NCBI GenBank assembly: GCA_963770165.1
Contig: CAVYOK010000005.1
Location: 41,409 to 105,408 of the forward strand
Source of the DNA: an uncultured Actinomycetes bacterium
Lineage (GTDB): Bacteria > Actinomycetota > Thermoleophilia > Solirubrobacterales > Solirubrobacteraceae
DNA: 64,000 nucleotides
Direction: 5' to 3'
Shown here: piece by piece, positions 9,223 through 19,208 of the stretch
Layout of the letters: every line of letters begins with the position of its first letter
Numbering within the stretch: the first letter of the stretch is position 1
Made by a program: the position numbers and the translations under genes
The notes under the pieces: model-generated
What the model saw: only the letters and a program-made list of their open reading frames with translations
Databases searched by the model: none
What the model was told of the DNA's origin: nothing

Positions 9223-10251
9223 CTACGCCCGCACGCCCAGCCCCGGACCCGTCGGCGCCCGCATGACGCCGCGCTCGACCGCCAGCGCGGGATCGAGCGC
9301 AAGGCCCTCGAACGCCTCGAGGGTCGCGAGGCCGCACGGCCGCGTGGGCTCCAGCAGCGCCGCCGCGTGCAGCGCACCGGCGATCCCCAGCGGACCGTCG
9401 AGCGTCGACGCGACGTAGACCTCGCTGCCCGCTGCACGCACCGTCTCGGCGGCTTCGAGGAGGCCGCTGATGCCGCCGCAGCGGCTCAGCTTGAGGCACA
9501 CGAGCGGTGTCGCGCTGCTGCCGAGCGCGCCCGGTGCGATCGCGGTCTCGTCCATCGCGACCGGCATGTCGGCGTCCGCCGCCACCGCGCGCAGCTCCTC
9601 GACGCCGTGCACAGGCTCCTCGCAGCACTCGATCCCGCTCGGTGCGAGCGTGCGCAGGTGGGCCACCGCCTCCTCGACCTCCCACGCGCCGTTCGCGTCG
9701 AGCCGGATCGCGACGTCAGGACCGACGGCCGCCCGCACCGCCGCGAGGCGGCCGGCGTCGTCGCCGATCCCGACTTTCAGCTTCACGCAGGAGAACCCGG
9801 CCTGCGCCGCGCGCGCCGCCTCGGCCGCCGCGCCCGCGCGGTCCTCCGCCGCGATCAGCGCGTTGACGGCGATCGGCTGGGGCGGCGCGTGCGCGCCGAG
9901 CAGCCGCCACACCGGCGCGGCGGCGCGGCGTCCCTCCAGGTCCCACAGGGCGAGGTCGATCGCCGCGACCGCCTGCGGCAGCACCGCGGCCTTACGGCAC
10001 GCGGCCAGCACCATGGCGCGCGGCAGGCCCTCGGCGTCGTGCACGATCGGGCGGCAGTCCTCCAATGCGGCGCGCACGTCGTCGAGCGAGGCGCCGTCGT
10101 AGGACGGAAGCGGGGCCGCCTCGCCGGCGCCCGCGACGCCGTCCGCGCCGAGGATCAACACGTCGAGCAGCTCCCGCTCCGCGAGGGTTCCGTGCGCGGT
10201 CCGCAGCGGGGTCCGCAGGCGCAGCCGTCGCGGGGCGATCTCGAGCCGCAC
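9223..10251 (-). CDS. menC: o-succinylbenzoate synthase (enolase superfamily)
   Basis: 342 aa with GTG start. Enolase-superfamily pattern (KLKVG..IRLDANGAW..EEP..DE). Lies downstream of menB-menA on the same strand. Confidence 0.8.
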   Translation of the reverse strand: MRLEIAPRRLRLRTPLRTAHGTLAERELLDVLILGADGVAGAGEAAPLPSYDGASLDDVRAALEDCRPIVHDAEGLPRAMVLAACRKAAVLPQAVAAIDLALWDLEGRRAAAPVWRLLGAHAPPQPIAVNALIAAEDRAGAAAEAARAAQAGFSCVKLKVGIGDDAGRLAAVRAAVGPDVAIRLDANGAWEVEEAVAHLRTLAPSGIECCEEPVHGVEELRAVAADADMPVAMDETAIAPGALGSSATPLVCLKLSRCGGISGLLEAAETVRAAGSEVYVASTLDGPLGIAGALHAAALLEPTRPCGLATLEAFEGLALDPALAVERGVMRAPTGPGLGVRA

Positions 10252-10260
10252 GGGTGGTGC

Positions 10261-11160
10261 TCAGCTCAGCAGGATCGCTGCCGACAGCAGCACGCAGAAC
10301 AGCAGCTCGAGCTGGCCGGTGCGCGCGAGTGCCTCGTTCAGCGACGGGCCGTCGGTGCGCGTTCTGACCAGGCGCACGATCGACGCCGTCAGCGGGATCG
10401 CGAGCCATGGCAGCAGCAGCCAGGCCTCCAGCGGGCCGAACAGCCACGTGACCGGCGTGAGCAGGAACGCGCCGTAGACCATCGCCGCGTACAGGCCGCG
10501 CGTGCGCTCGCGGCCGAGTCGCACTGCGAGCGTGCGCTTGCCGGCGCGTCTGTCGGTCTCCAGGTCGCGCACGTTGTTGACGACCAGCACCGCGCTCGCC
10601 AGCAGCCCGACAGGCACTGCCAGCGCGAACGCCTCCCACACGAGCTCCTCGGTCTGCACGAAGAACGAGCCGGCGACCGCGACGATCCCGAAGAAGAGGA
10701 ACACGAACAGCTCGCCGAACCCTTCGTAGCCGTACGGGCGCGGGCCGCCTGTGTAGAGCACGCCCGCGACGATCGAGGCGGCGCCGACGATCAGCAGCTC
10801 CCAGCCGGCGACCGCGATCAGATACGCCCCGGTCAGCACGGCGAGCGCGAACGTGACGTACGTCGCGATCAGCACCTGCCGCGGCGGCACCAGCCCGCCG
10901 GCCGTGACCCGCACCGGTCCCAGCCGATCCTCGGCGTCGGCGCCGCGCCGCGCGTCGGAGTAGTCGTTCGAGAGGTTTGCGCCGACCTGGATGAAGAGCG
11001 CGCCGAGCAGTGCTGCGACGAACCGCAGCGGGTGGAAGACGTCGGCTGTGCCGGCCAGCGCGGTTCCGACGAGCACGGGCGCGAGCCCGACCGGCAGCGT
11101 CTTCGGCCGCGCCGCCATCAGCCAGATGCGGACGACGCTCGGCCCCTTCGTCGCGGTCAT
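10261..11160 (-). CDS. menA: 1,4-dihydroxy-2-naphthoate polyprenyltransferase
   Basis: UbiA-family membrane protein ([34 protein letters not shown]). Start moved to internal ATG 11160 ([23 protein letters not shown]), 10 nt after the menB stop. Confidence 0.88.
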   Translation of the reverse strand: MTATKGPSVVRIWLMAARPKTLPVGLAPVLVGTALAGTADVFHPLRFVAALLGALFIQVGANLSNDYSDARRGADAEDRLGPVRVTAGGLVPPRQVLIATYVTFALAVLTGAYLIAVAGWELLIVGAASIVAGVLYTGGPRPYGYEGFGELFVFLFFGIVAVAGSFFVQTEELVWEAFALAVPVGLLASAVLVVNNVRDLETDRRAGKRTLAVRLGRERTRGLYAAMVYGAFLLTPVTWLFGPLEAWLLLPWLAIPLTASIVRLVRTRTDGPSLNEALARTGQLELLFCVLLSAAILLS

Positions 11161-11170
11161 GCCCAGAAGC

Positions 11171-11998
11171 CTACGGCCGCCGCGGAAAACGCGAGAAATC
11201 CGGCTGGCGCTTCTCGAGGAAGGCAGTCCGACCCTCTGTCGCCTCCTCGCTCCCGTACAGCAGGAGATTCGTGTCATGGGCGAGCTGCTGGATGCCGGCG
11301 TAGCCGTCCTCCTGCGCGTTGAAGCTCGACTTCACGAGCCGCAGTGCGAATGGCGACAGCGCGAGCATCTCGCGGCACCACGTCACCGTCTCCTCCTCCA
11401 GCCGCCCCAGCGGCACGACCGCGTTGACCAGCCCCATCTGGAGCGCCTGCTGTGCGTCGTACTGCCGGCACAGCAGCCAGATCTCCTTGGCCTTCTTGGT
11501 GCCGACCAGATCCCGCAGCACGGACGTCCCGAAGCCGCCGTCCCACGAGCCGACGCGCGGGCCGGTCTGCCCGAAGCGCGCGTTGTCGGCCGCGATCGTG
11601 AGGTCGCAGACGACGTGGAGGACATGACCTCCTCCGATGGCGTAGCCCGCGACCATCGCGACGACCGGCTTCGGCAGGCGGCGGATCTGCACGTGCAGGT
11701 CGGTGACGTGGAAGCGTCCGACCGCGGCGTTGCCGCCGACTCTGTAGCCCGACGAGCCGCGCACGCGCTGGTCGCCGCCGGAGCAGAAGGCCTGCTCGCC
11801 CTCCCCGGTCAGGATGATCGCGCCGACCTCCGCGTCCTCCCGCGCGCGCTCGAACGCGCCCATCAGCTCGATCACCGTCTCGGGCCGGAAGGCGTTGCGC
11901 ACCTCGGGCCGCGCGATCGTGATCTTCGCGATCCCGTCGCCGCTCAGCTCGTACCGGATGTCCTCGTACTCGCCGGCAGCGGTCCACGTCACAGTCAC
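11171..11998 (-). CDS. menB: 1,4-dihydroxy-2-naphthoyl-CoA synthase
   Basis: 275 aa crotonase-fold protein with a MenB signature ([29 protein letters not shown]). GTG start has AGGAGA 6 nt upstream. Confidence 0.95.
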   Translation of the reverse strand: MTVTWTAAGEYEDIRYELSGDGIAKITIARPEVRNAFRPETVIELMGAFERAREDAEVGAIILTGEGEQAFCSGGDQRVRGSSGYRVGGNAAVGRFHVTDLHVQIRRLPKPVVAMVAGYAIGGGHVLHVVCDLTIAADNARFGQTGPRVGSWDGGFGTSVLRDLVGTKKAKEIWLLCRQYDAQQALQMGLVNAVVPLGRLEEETVTWCREMLALSPFALRLVKSSFNAQEDGYAGIQQLAHDTNLLLYGSEEATEGRTAFLEKRQPDFSRFPRRP

Positions 11999-12036
11999 GT
12001 CAAGTCTCCTGGCAGGGATCGGAGGCCGAAACCCTA

Positions 12037-13383
12037 GTGCCCGAAGGCGTAGCCTTCACACAGGCAATGGATCTCGATCCCTGGCTTCCCCGCGCGGCCG
12101 CGCTGAGACCGGACCATCCGGCGGTGATCCACGCCGACGGCGGCATCACCGCCTACGCCGAGCTCCACAGCCATGCGCGCGACGCCGCCGCGGTGCTCCA
12201 GGCGATGGGTGTCGAGGCGGGAGACCGCGTGGCGCTCGCGCTTCCCGCCGGCGTGCCCTTCCTCGCTGCGCTCCATGCGACGTTGCTGCTCGGCGCGACG
12301 GCCGTGCCGATCGACCTGCGGTTGGCGTCCGGCGAGCGGGAGCGGCGGACCGCGACCGCCAAGGCGATCGTGACCGAGCCGCTGCGCCGCACCGACGAGC
12401 CGGACGCCACGACGCTCGAGCGCCTCGACCCTGCGGTCCCCGCCACGCTCGTCCACACGTCCGGCACGACCGCCGACCCGAAGCCGGTCGCGCTCACGGT
12501 CGGCAACTGGCTGTGGAACGCGCTCGGCTCCGCAACCGCCCTGGGCCTCGACCACGACGATCGCTGGCTCTGCAACCTTCCGCTCAGCCACGTCGGCGGG
12601 CTCGCGATCCTGATCCGCAGCGCCATCTACGGCACGACGGTCGTCCTGCACGAACGCTTCGACGCGTCCGCGGCGCTGACCGCGATCGAGCGCGATCGCG
12701 TCACGCTCGCCTCGCTCGTGCCGACGACGCTCGCGCGCCTGCTCGACGTCGGCCTCAAGGCGCCGAACCCGCTCCGCGTCGCGCTGATCGGCGGCGGCCC
12801 ACTGCCCCCGGCGCTCGCGGCGCAGGCGCAGGAGGCCGGCATCCCCGTCGCGCAGACGTACGGGATGAGCGAGGCTTGCTCGCAGGTGACGACGTCGCTG
12901 CCGGGAGAGCCGGAGACGGCCGGCCGGCCGCTCGTCGGCGTGCAGGTGCGGGTCGGCGCCGACGACGAGATCCTCGTGAAGGGCCCGACCGTCGCACCGG
13001 GCGCCGCCGACGAGGACGGCTGGCTGCACACCGGCGACTGCGGCCAGCTCGACGCGGAGGGGCGGCTCACGATCACCGGCCGTAAGGCCGACACGATCGT
13101 CAGCGGCGGCGAGAACGTCGCGCCGACGGAGGTCGAGGCCGCGCTGCTGACCCATCCCGCGGTGGCCGACGCCGGCGTGCACGGTCGTTCGGACCCGCGG
13201 TGGGGCGAGGCGGTCGTGGCGACCGTCGTGCTGTACGACGGCGCGCAGACCGAGGCGGAGGAGCTGCGCGCCCACGTCGCCGCGCAGCTCGCGCGCTTCA
13301 AGGTGCCGAAGGAGGTCGCGTTCGCCGCGAGGCTGCCGCGGACCGCGTCCGGCAAGCTGCTGCGCCGCGAGCTGAGCCGATGA
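12037..13383 (+). CDS. menE: o-succinylbenzoate-CoA ligase (adenylate-forming enzyme)
   Basis: 448 aa with AMP-binding motifs ([40 protein letters not shown]). Divergent from menB. Start is GTG 12037 (GGAGG upstream) or ATG 12067. Confidence 0.82.
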   Translation: MPEGVAFTQAMDLDPWLPRAAALRPDHPAVIHADGGITAYAELHSHARDAAAVLQAMGVEAGDRVALALPAGVPFLAALHATLLLGATAVPIDLRLASGERERRTATAKAIVTEPLRRTDEPDATTLERLDPAVPATLVHTSGTTADPKPVALTVGNWLWNALGSATALGLDHDDRWLCNLPLSHVGGLAILIRSAIYGTTVVLHERFDASAALTAIERDRVTLASLVPTTLARLLDVGLKAPNPLRVALIGGGPLPPALAAQAQEAGIPVAQTYGMSEACSQVTTSLPGEPETAGRPLVGVQVRVGADDEILVKGPTVAPGAADEDGWLHTGDCGQLDAEGRLTITGRKADTIVSGGENVAPTEVEAALLTHPAVADAGVHGRSDPRWGEAVVATVVLYDGAQTEAEELRAHVAAQLARFKVPKEVAFAARLPRTASGKLLRRELSR

Positions 13384-14249
13384 GCATCGAGTCCGACGAC
13401 GACCCCGACGCGCTGCGCGCGGCTGTCCGCGAGCGCTGGGAGCGCGCCGCCGACGGGTGGCGCAGACGCAACGCGCGCTTCCAGGCGGATGTTATGCCCG
13501 TCTCGCAGTGGCTGGTCGAGGCGATCGTGCCGCAGCCGGGCCAGCGCGTGCTCGAGCTCGCCGCGGGCGTGGGGGAGACGGGCTTCCTCGCGGCGGAGCT
13601 GATCGCTCCCGGGGGCGGCACGCTGATCTGCAGCGACGGCGTGGAGGCGATGCTCGAGCACGCCAGAGCGCGCGCGGCGCAGCTCGGTCTGAGCAACGTC
13701 GAGTTCAAGCCGCTCGAGCTCGAGTGGATCGACCTGTCGGCCGCGAGCGTCGACGCGGTCCTGTGCCGGTGGGGGTACATGCTCGCGCTCGACAAGCACG
13801 CTTCGATGCGCGAGACGCGTCGTGTGCTCAAGCCCGGAGGCCGCCTCGCGCTCGCCACCTGGAGCACGCCGGAGCGCGTCCCGTTCGCCTCGATCCCGCG
13901 CCGAGAGCTCGTCGCCGCCGGCCTCGTCGACGGCTTCGGCTTCGCCGCCGGTCCGGGCATGTTCGACCTCTCCGATCGGAATGGGCTGCGCGAGCTGCTC
14001 GAAGACGCGGGCTTCGCCGACGCGACCGTCGAGGAGCTCACGCTGACGATGCGCTACGACCACGTCGAGGACTTCCTCGCGACCACGCGCGACCTCTCGC
14101 CGGCGTTCGGCGACGTGGTCGCGCCGCTGGACGAGCGTCAGCGCACGGATCTGCTGGAGCGGCTGACGACCGCGACAGCGCCGTTCGCGGCGCCCGACGG
14201 CTCGCTCGCGATTCCCGCGGTCGCGCTCGTCGCCGTCGCCGAGGCCTGA
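13380..14249 (+). CDS. class I SAM-dependent methyltransferase
   Basis: Internal ATG 13380 of ORF 13200..14249 overlaps the menE stop (ATGA). SAM motif I VLELAAGVGETG and post-I motif LKPGGRLAL. Confidence 0.8.
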   Translation: MSIESDDDPDALRAAVRERWERAADGWRRRNARFQADVMPVSQWLVEAIVPQPGQRVLELAAGVGETGFLAAELIAPGGGTLICSDGVEAMLEHARARAAQLGLSNVEFKPLELEWIDLSAASVDAVLCRWGYMLALDKHASMRETRRVLKPGGRLALATWSTPERVPFASIPRRELVAAGLVDGFGFAAGPGMFDLSDRNGLRELLEDAGFADATVEELTLTMRYDHVEDFLATTRDLSPAFGDVVAPLDERQRTDLLERLTTATAPFAAPDGSLAIPAVALVAVAEA

Positions 14250-15160
14250 GCGCGCCCGCGCGAGGACGTCGCCAGCGGCGGCAGCTGCGGCGTCGGCTGC
14301 CCGAGGTCGAGGCGCCGCTGCTCGGTCGCGCGCACGAGCTCGAAGCTGCGCACGTTCGAGCCATGCGTGAGCGCGCGCGGCGCGACGCGCCGCAGCCTGC
14401 GCAGCAGTCCGACCGCGAGCGGGAACAGGCGCGCCTGCGTCACGCTCCACGACAGCCCGTACAGGTCGCGCACCCGTGGCGGCAGCGAACCGCGCATGAT
14501 CAGGTCGTGGACGCGCTTGGCGCCCTGGTTGAGCGCCGGCATCGGGATCTCGAACGCGACCGCGTGCCCCATGTAGCGCGCCTCGTCGGTCAGATGCATC
14601 CGGTCGCTCGCAAGCGTCTCGTCCCACCATGCCCGGAACGCCACATAGCTGTCGGGCGCGGCCTCGCGCGGCATCCCGAACAGCTCGCCGAAGCGGATGA
14701 AGTCCTGCCACATCGACTCGCGCTCCCGGTCCTCCAGGCGCCGCACGAACAACTCGTAGAAGTACTCGGTCGAGTCGGCGATCACCGCCATCGTCCACAG
14801 CATCAGCTCGGGGTCGAACGCCGCGTACGGCGTCCCGGCGGGGTATGGCCCGGCGTCCTCGGGCAGCTCGCCGCGCACGCGCTCGTGCAGCTTGTGGACC
14901 TTCGCGAGCACCTCGTCGGCCTCCGCGCGCGTGCCGAGGAAGATCCTCTCGAAGTCGTGCGCGGTGCGCGCGAGGCGCCGGAAGGGCTTCTCGCGCCCGC
15001 TCGTCGCCTCGCTCGTGCCGGTGTAGTTGACCGGGTGCAGCGCGCCGATCGCGAGCGCCCGCTGGCCGTAGAAGAGGCCGACGAGGCGCTCCTCGTGCGC
15101 CTTGCGCAGCAGCGATCCGCCACGCGGGAAGTACCCGTCGTCGAGCCCCGGACTGGCCAT
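14138..15160 (-). CDS. DUF2236 / MpaB-like oxygenase family protein
   Basis: Start moved to ATG 15160 (MASPGLDDGYFPRGG). Body resembles the MpaB/DUF2236 family (LLRKAHEERLVGLFYGQRALAIGALHP..). The C-terminal roughly 40 aa are low complexity and overlap the convergent methyltransferase. Confidence 0.65.
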   Translation of the reverse strand: MASPGLDDGYFPRGGSLLRKAHEERLVGLFYGQRALAIGALHPVNYTGTSEATSGREKPFRRLARTAHDFERIFLGTRAEADEVLAKVHKLHERVRGELPEDAGPYPAGTPYAAFDPELMLWTMAVIADSTEYFYELFVRRLEDRERESMWQDFIRFGELFGMPREAAPDSYVAFRAWWDETLASDRMHLTDEARYMGHAVAFEIPMPALNQGAKRVHDLIMRGSLPPRVRDLYGLSWSVTQARLFPLAVGLLRRLRRVAPRALTHGSNVRSFELVRATEQRRLDLGQPTPQLPPLATSSRGRAQASATATSATAGIASEPSGAANGAVAVVSRSSRSVR

Positions 15161-15251
15161 GCAGCCAGTTTGACGGACGGCCCGGCGGCACCGCGCCGCT
15201 TCCCGCGACCGCGAGCGGCCAGCCGGTCCGCTTCCGGTAGCCTGCCGCGCC

Positions 15252-16250
15252 ATGTTCTACGACGACGACGCTGACCTCACGCTCCTCGACGGCAAGACCG
15301 TCGCCATCATCGGTTTCGGCTCGCAGGGCCACGCCCACGCACTGAACCTCAAGGACTCCGGCGTGAGCGTCGTCGTAGGCCTGCGCGCCGGCTCGTCGTC
15401 GGTCGCGAAGGCGCAGGACAACGGCCTCACGGTGCTCGAGCCGGTCGAGGCCGCGAGCCGCGGCGACGTCGTCATGCTGCTCGTGCCGGACGAGCGCCAC
15501 CGCGACGTCTGGAACGAGGTCCGCGACGGGATCGCGCCCGGCAACCTGCTGCTGTTCGGCCACGGCTTCTCGATCCACTACGGCGAGGTCGACCCACCGG
15601 CCGACGTGGACGTCGCGCTCGTCGCGCCGAAGGGCCCCGGTCACCTCGTGCGCCGCCAGTACAACGAGGGCAGCGGCGTGCCCGGGCTCGTCGCCGTCCA
15701 CCAGGACGCGACCGGCAATGCGCTGAGGCTCGCGCTCGCCTACGCGAAGGGAATCGGCTGCACGCGCGGCGGCGTGATCGAGACGTCCTTCCGCGAGGAG
15801 ACGGAGACCGACCTGTTCGGCGAGCAGGCCGTGCTGTGCGGCGGCACCTCCGAGCTGGTGCGCGCCGGCTACGAGACGCTCGTCGAGGCCGGGTACGACC
15901 CGCGGCTCGCCTATTTCGAGGTGCTGCACGAGCTGAAGCTGATCGTCGACCTGATGTACGAGAAGGGCATCGCGGGCATGCGCTACTCGGTCTCCAACAC
16001 GGCCGAGTACGGCGACATCACGCGTGGCAGACGCGTGATCGGGCCGGAGTCGCGTCAGGCGATGAAGGACATCCTCGGCGAGATCCAGTCCGGCGCGTTC
16101 GCGCGCGAGTGGATCGCCGAGGTGCGCGCGGGACAGGAGAGCTTCGACCGCATGCGCGCCGAGCAGGCAGGCCACCAGGTCGAGGTCGAGGGCAGAAAGC
16201 TGCGCGCGATGATGTCGTGGATCGACGACGGCGAGTTCGCGGCCGGCTGA
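15252..16250 (+). CDS. ilvC: ketol-acid reductoisomerase
   Basis: 332 aa class I KARI ([38 protein letters not shown]). Confidence 0.96.
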   Translation: MFYDDDADLTLLDGKTVAIIGFGSQGHAHALNLKDSGVSVVVGLRAGSSSVAKAQDNGLTVLEPVEAASRGDVVMLLVPDERHRDVWNEVRDGIAPGNLLLFGHGFSIHYGEVDPPADVDVALVAPKGPGHLVRRQYNEGSGVPGLVAVHQDATGNALRLALAYAKGIGCTRGGVIETSFREETETDLFGEQAVLCGGTSELVRAGYETLVEAGYDPRLAYFEVLHELKLIVDLMYEKGIAGMRYSVSNTAEYGDITRGRRVIGPESRQAMKDILGEIQSGAFAREWIAEVRAGQESFDRMRAEQAGHQVEVEGRKLRAMMSWIDDGEFAAG

Positions 16251-16284
16251 GCGCCGCTGTCCCGCTACCCTTGCCACGCCGACG

Positions 16285-17475
16285 ATGACGACGATCAACC
16301 CGTTCACCAAGCAGATTCTGATGACGGCCGGGCCGACGCCTGTGCCGCCGCAGGTGCTCGCGAAGATGGCCGAGCCGGTGCTCTACCACCGCGCGCCGGC
16401 CGGCGTGGAGCTGTACGCGCGCGTGCTGGAGCGCCTGCCGCAGGTCTTCCGCACGCGGAACGACGTGCTGCTGTTCGCCGCCAGCGGCTCGGGCGCGATG
16501 GACTCCGCCGTCGCGAACCTCGTGCGCCCCGGCACGAAGGCGCTCGCCTGCGCCGCGGGCAAGTTCGGCGAGCGTTGGATCGAGCTGTGCGAGGCCTATG
16601 GCGCCGACCTCGTGAAGTACGAGCCAGGCTGGGGCGAGCGCCTCGACCCGCAGGAGATCGGCCGCCTGCTTGACGCGAACCCGGGCATCGAGGTCGTCTA
16701 CGCCACGCTGTCGGAGACCTCCACGGGCATCGTCCACGACGTCGAGGCGATCGCCGCGGTCGTGCGCGAGAAGGGCGCGCTGCTCGCGATCGACGCGGTC
16801 TCCGGGCTCGCCGCCGCGAAGCTTGAGCAGGACGCGTGGGGGGTGGACGTCGTCGTCGCCGGCTCGCAGAAGGCGCTGATGATCCCGCCGGGGCTGGCGT
16901 TCGCGTCGGTCTCCCAGCGCGCGCTCGACGCCGCCGCCGCAAAGTCGGGCGGCCGCTACTACTTCGACTGGGTCGCGACCGCCGAGCAGCAGCGCAAGGA
17001 CCCGCCGAACAGCCCCTTCACGCCGCCGGTCACGCTGCTCGCCGCGCTCGACGTCTCGCTCGGCATGATCGAGGACGAGGGAATCGAGAACGTGTGGGAG
17101 CGACACGCGCTGCTCGCGCGCGCCACGCGCGCCGGCGCCCAGGCGCTCGGCCTCGACCTCTACGGCGACCCGGACGAGCGCGCAAACGTCGTCACCGCGA
17201 TCGCGCTGCCCGACTCGATCGACGGCAAGCAGGTGCCGAAGATCCTGCGCGACCGCTACGGCATCACCGCCAACGGCGGCCAGTCGCAGCTGTCCGGGAA
17301 GATCCTGCGCATCGCGCACTGCGGCTACTTCGGCGGCTTCGACATCCTCACGTCGCTGTCCGGCCTGGAGATGACGCTTGCCGAGCTGGGCCACCCGGTC
17401 GAGCAGGGCGCCGGCGTCGGTGCCGCGCAGAAGGTCTTCCTCGAGGCCGGCGTCCCCGCCGCAGCCACGGCGTGA
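16285..17475 (+). CDS. class V (AGXT/SgaA-like) pyridoxal-phosphate aminotransferase
   Basis: 396 aa. Class V fold pattern (ILMTAGPTPVP.., SETSTGI, DAVSGL, GSQKALMIPPGL with the PLP lysine). Its stop overlaps the serA start. Confidence 0.85.
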   Translation: MTTINPFTKQILMTAGPTPVPPQVLAKMAEPVLYHRAPAGVELYARVLERLPQVFRTRNDVLLFAASGSGAMDSAVANLVRPGTKALACAAGKFGERWIELCEAYGADLVKYEPGWGERLDPQEIGRLLDANPGIEVVYATLSETSTGIVHDVEAIAAVVREKGALLAIDAVSGLAAAKLEQDAWGVDVVVAGSQKALMIPPGLAFASVSQRALDAAAAKSGGRYYFDWVATAEQQRKDPPNSPFTPPVTLLAALDVSLGMIEDEGIENVWERHALLARATRAGAQALGLDLYGDPDERANVVTAIALPDSIDGKQVPKILRDRYGITANGGQSQLSGKILRIAHCGYFGGFDILTSLSGLEMTLAELGHPVEQGAGVGAAQKVFLEAGVPAAATA

Positions 17476-19097
17476 CCGAGCGCCCGCGCATCCTCGTCAA
17501 GGAGCAGATCGCCGACTCCGGCGTCGAGCTGCTGCGCGAGCAGTTCGACGTGGACCTCGGCGAGGATTGGAGCGACGAGCAGCTGCGCGAGCGCCTGCCC
17601 GAGTACGACGGAATCCTGATCCGCTCGGCCACGAAGATGACCGAGGAGCTGATCGAGCTCGGCACGAAGCTGCGCGTGATCGGCCGCGCGGGCGTCGGCG
17701 TCAACAACGTCGACGTCCCGGCCGCGACGAAGCGCGGCATCATCGTCGTCAACGCACCCCAGTCGAACGTCGTCACCGCCGCGGAGCACACGTTTGCGCT
17801 GCTGCTCTCGCTCGCGCGCAAGATCCCGCAAGCGCACGCGTCGCTGACGGAGCACAAGTGGGAGCGCAGCAAGTTCAGCGGCGTCGAGGTCTACGAGAAG
17901 ACGCTGGGGATCGTCGGCTTCGGCCGCATCGGCCAGCTCGTCGCGCAGCGCGCGCGGGGCTTCGGCATGTACGTCGTCGCCTACGACCCGTTCGTCTCCG
18001 CTGAGCGCTACCGCGAGCTCGGCGCCGAGAAGGCCGAGAGCCCGGCCGAGGTCTACGCGAAGGCCGACTTCATCACGATTCATCTGCCCGTGACGCCAGA
18101 GACGCACGGCTTCCTCGACGCCGAGGCGTTCGCGCAGATGCGCGACGGCGTGCGGATCGTCAACTGCGCGCGCGGCGAGCTGGTCGACGACGAGGCGCTG
18201 AAGGACGCGCTCGACTCCGGCAAGGTCGCGGGCGCCGCGCTCGACGTCTTCCCGTCGGAGCCGATCACCGACTATCCGCTGTTCGACGGCTACGACAACG
18301 TCGTCGTCACGCCGCATCTCGGGGCCTCCACGGCCGAGGCGCAGGATCGCGCCGGCACGCAGACGGCGGAGCAGATCATCGCCGCGCTGACCCCCGGCGG
18401 CGTCGTCACGACGGCCGTCAACATCCCGGCGATCTCGCCGGCCGACATGGAGGTGCTCGGCCCGTTCGTGCCGCTCTGCCGCCAGCTCGGCCGTCTCGCC
18501 GTCTCACTCGCGGAGGGCTCCTCGATCGACCGGGTGGAGGTCGAGTACCTCGGGCGCATCGGCGAGCGCGACACGCGCCTGCTGTCGGTCGCCGTGCTGA
18601 TGGGAGTGCTCGCCGGGCACGTCGAGGAGGAGGTCAACGCGGTCAACGCGCCCGGCCTCGCCGAGGAGCGCGGCATCGAGGTGTCCGAGACGAAGCGCAC
18701 GACCGCACGCGACTTCACCGACCTCGTGCGCGTGACGATCGTCGGAGGCGACGCGCGCACGCGCGTGGTCGGCACGACGTTCGGCCGCCTGAACCGTCCG
18801 CACCTGCTGGAGGCGTGGGGCCAGCGCTTCGACATCCAGTTGGAGGGCAGCATCGCGCTCTTCCGCTACCGCGACGTGCCCGGCATGGTCGGCCGCGTGG
18901 GCTCGGCCTTCGGCGAGCACGGCATCAACATCGTCTCGGCGGCGGTCGGGCGCGCGCGAGAGGACGACGGCGACGCGAGCGGCGACGGCGCCAACGCCGT
19001 GATGGCGATCACCGCCGACGCGCCGGTTTCGCAGTCCGTGATCGACGAGATCGTCGCCGGCGCGGGCTTCGTCGCCGGCCGCGCCGTCACGCTCTGA
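17472..19097 (+). CDS. serA: D-3-phosphoglycerate dehydrogenase (long form with ASB and ACT domains)
   Basis: Internal GTG 17472 of ORF 16836..19097 (GTGA overlap). NAD motif GIVGFGRIGQLVA, catalytic ..VVTPHLGAST.., C-terminal ACT-like region. Confidence 0.93.
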   Translation: MTERPRILVKEQIADSGVELLREQFDVDLGEDWSDEQLRERLPEYDGILIRSATKMTEELIELGTKLRVIGRAGVGVNNVDVPAATKRGIIVVNAPQSNVVTAAEHTFALLLSLARKIPQAHASLTEHKWERSKFSGVEVYEKTLGIVGFGRIGQLVAQRARGFGMYVVAYDPFVSAERYRELGAEKAESPAEVYAKADFITIHLPVTPETHGFLDAEAFAQMRDGVRIVNCARGELVDDEALKDALDSGKVAGAALDVFPSEPITDYPLFDGYDNVVVTPHLGASTAEAQDRAGTQTAEQIIAALTPGGVVTTAVNIPAISPADMEVLGPFVPLCRQLGRLAVSLAEGSSIDRVEVEYLGRIGERDTRLLSVAVLMGVLAGHVEEEVNAVNAPGLAEERGIEVSETKRTTARDFTDLVRVTIVGGDARTRVVGTTFGRLNRPHLLEAWGQRFDIQLEGSIALFRYRDVPGMVGRVGSAFGEHGINIVSAAVGRAREDDGDASGDGANAVMAITADAPVSQSVIDEIVAGAGFVAGRAVTL

Positions 19098-19208
19098 CGC
19101 GCGCCTAAATCCGCCCCCGTCGGTTGTACGGATCGGCCAAGCGGGTAGCACGATTCGGGCCAGCGCGCGCGGGGACGCACCGTTTTCTCGCTCGCGACAA
19201 GTGCCACA

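Noticed and set aside
12627-16310. 1227-aa minus-strand ORF
   Set aside because: It is antisense to menE, the methyltransferase and ilvC, with Arg/Ala/Gly-dominated composition and no domain motifs. This is a typical high-GC antisense open frame. The same judgement applies to 18504..21518(-), 8041..11322(+), 52515..55283(-), 6502..8463(-), 24575..26251(-) and similar entries.
19098-19208. Possible riboswitch or terminator between serA and the amino acid permease
   Set aside because: I could not build a convincing stem followed by the TTTTCT tract, nor match any riboswitch core by eye. Left unannotated.
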